DNA of 64,000 nucleotides from Setoptus koraiensis (Eukaryota; Animalia; Arthropoda): NCBI GenBank assembly GCA_048013815.1, contig CM106585.1, positions 19,778,001 to 19,842,000 of the forward strand, read 5' to 3'. Shown piece by piece: positions 62,069 to 64,000 of this stretch (position 1 is its first letter; each line of letters starts with the position of its first letter). The notes under the pieces were generated by a model. It saw only the letters and a program-made list of their open reading frames with translations, ran no database searches and was not told where the DNA came from. The position numbers and the translations under genes were made by a program.

Positions 62069-64000
62069 CTAAATGGTGGCTTCCCATGATGTAAATTTGG
62101 CTTGTGACAAATGAATCTGATTAGATTCATCAATACTATCTGATAGATTGCCCACTACACCACCTTCCATTGTCTCATTCCCATCTAGATAATTGTTTGC
62201 TACTTGGGATGTATTTTGATTGTATTGTGATTGTAACAATGTTGGTTGGAACTGTGATAATTCATTACTGTTTGTATAATTAGGAGTTGATGAGGCATTG
62301 GGTCGCTCTAAATACAAAACATTATCCTCTTCGGGCAGTGACATTTTCTCTGATTTGAATGATTCGAAATGCATTCTCCTCTCAGTGTTTGACCTATCTA
62401 GACTCTCTATCGGTCTAGATGCCCTGAATTGATAAAAATTCAAATTTCTCCTTGTGCTCGTTTCTATATCGACACTATCATTGGATGGAGGATGTCTTCT
62501 GTGATTAGACTGCTTAGTTTGTCGTGTTGCTCGAGGACTTTTTGTGAGTTTCAAAATCAAACTTTTACTATCACCAAGCTGGCCTACTTGTGGCTTCACT
62601 GAACTATCATTAGCGACGTTCTCTAGGACTGGACTCTCATCACAAGTTGGAATTGAGGATCCTATATTGTCTTCAGACTCTTTGGACAAACCGTTCAATC
62701 GATTCAAACTATCCGACTTGTTAGATTCACCATTGTTCAGTTTGTCTGAATCTTCCGACTTCTCTATCACCAAAGCTTCTGTGTCGTTTGCTTTTCGAGC
62801 CACACAGACAACAACATCACCTTCTTGTTTTTGTATGGGCATATCGTCTGTAAAACCTGGAGGCGGCTCAAATTCTATACTGGTCTGAGTATAGGTGGTT
62901 GTTTTTATCACTGGTTTGATGACAAAATTGACTGGAGGCGATTTCTTGAAGTGGCGCCTTTTCAGTTGCGATCGTCTCGTTGTTGATATCGGCGATCCAA
63001 ATTTTACTGTTTTACCAGTTGTGGTAGGTTTATTGTGGCGCTGATCGTCAATGTTTCTAGGAACTGATGAACATTTCATTGAGCTAGTTAGTGGCTGCTC
63101 TCGAGAACACGGTACACTATGACGTGAATCGGTATTTCTTGTTGATTGCTGACAATGTTGTTGGTCGGTTTTATCCGATCTTGCATTGTCGTTCAAACAG
63201 AGTAATAATAGCTCTTGTGTGGGACAGGCAATCTTATTTGGTGATGGTTCTAATTGATTATGACAACCTGGCGATGCTTGACACAATGTTGGTTCATCAT
63301 TAGCTGATATTTGCGCAGACTTGGACGATGATTTTAAGAAACTATTCAACTGAAATGATCCTTTTTTCGGTCCACTCTTCTTCTCATCATCGGCCATTTC
63401 CACTTGTGCTGTTGCTTTGCCGGTCGATTTGTCAGTAGTTAGTTTGTTGTTATCGTCAATTTGTTGTTGTTGTTTCCCCACAACAATGTTTCCAAATATG
63501 CGTTCTGTCCATGATGGCTTCCTTTCTTGAATCATGTTGTTTTGACATTGTTTCAAGTCGCTTGTTGACTTAGATTTCACAGGCTGTTGTCTATTGTTGT
63601 AAGATTGTGATGTTGTTGTTGGCACTGTTATTACATTGGATGATTTACTATTCATGATTCTATTGGCCTCTTTCTCTCGAATACATTTAGTTTTGTAACT
63701 AGGAATGCCCGAATGATTAGCATTTCGTTCAAAACCGCCAGTAGAATCTTGTGAAGAGTCACGGGTCAATGGAATAAATTTTTGGTCTAATGCTGGTGCT
63801 GTTGCTATAGTTGCAAAACTGGTAGATGGTGTAATTTTTTTATTTGGATCTGTGGCGAATATTGGCGATTGTTGCGATGGTGATTCTATCAATTGTTTTC
63901 TTTTTGGTATTTGTGTATGATTGACAGGTAGCAATTCAACATAGGGTAGTTTAGAAATGTAATTATTGGTTGGGTAATAATGGCGATTTCGTTTGCCATT
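62069..64000 (-). CDS. Ser/Thr/Gln/Lys-rich hypothetical protein, 5' end beyond the window
   Basis: The frame of ORF 62069-63934 stays open to position 64000 (NGKRNRHYYPTNNYISKLPYVELLPV...); no domain recognised. Confidence 0.6.
   Translation of the reverse strand, partial: NGKRNRHYYPTNNYISKLPYVELLPVNHTQIPKRKQLIESPSQQSPIFATDPNKKITPSTSFATIATAPALDQKFIPLTRDSSQDSTGGFERNANHSGIPSYKTKCIREKEANRIMNSKSSNVITVPTTTSQSYNNRQQPVKSKSTSDLKQCQNNMIQERKPSWTERIFGNIVVGKQQQQIDDNNKLTTDKSTGKATAQVEMADDEKKSGPKKGSFQLNSFLKSSSKSAQISANDEPTLCQASPGCHNQLEPSPNKIACPTQELLLLCLNDNARSDKTDQQHCQQSTRNTDSRHSVPCSREQPLTSSMKCSSVPRNIDDQRHNKPTTTGKTVKFGSPISTTRRSQLKRRHFKKSPPVNFVIKPVIKTTTYTQTSIEFEPPPGFTDDMPIQKQEGDVVVCVARKANDTEALVIEKSEDSDKLNNGESNKSDSLNRLNGLSKESEDNIGSSIPTCDESPVLENVANDSSVKPQVGQLGDSKSLILKLTKSPRATRQTKQSNHRRHPPSNDSVDIETSTRRNLNFYQFRASRPIESLDRSNTERRMHFESFKSEKMSLPEEDNVLYLERPNASSTPNYTNSNELSQFQPTLLQSQYNQNTSQVANNYLDGNETMEGGVVGNLSDSIDESNQIHLSQAKFTSWEATI

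Overview
Eukaryotic (metazoan) genomic window, not prokaryotic: no CRISPR array, rRNA or tRNA could be supported. The gene set (CRK, TRMT2A, RBM7, LARP4, MEX3, MARCHF5, MED20, TAMM41), mostly intronless housekeeping genes packed 60-650 bp apart, and heavy CAA/CAG/GT microsatellite content suggest a miniaturised arthropod genome such as an eriophyoid mite (inference). Layout: (1) 1-6.9 kb dense gene cluster (CRK, short ZNHIT2-like ORF, TRMT2A, a GC-elevated self-complementary ncRNA candidate, RBM7, a two-exon secreted orphan); (2) 7-24 kb microsatellite-rich domain with a ~6 kb low-complexity open exon and long non-coding DNA; (3) 24-33 kb LARP4-like gene, a basic orphan, a Helitron-like element, MEX3; (4) 36.5-52.7 kb G-rich to near-pure poly-G sequence, almost certainly a sequencing/assembly artefact, whose ORFs are rejected; (5) 53-64 kb second dense cluster (MARCHF5, MED20, TAMM41, two orphans). 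Main findings: a 7-exon micro-exon gene missed by the ORF track (53118-54458, minus strand) encoding a signal peptide plus a two-thirds-lysine tract, and apparent loss of a canonical domain in four conserved genes (CRK N-terminal SH3, ZNHIT2 C-terminal region, LARP4 La motif, MEX3 RING).
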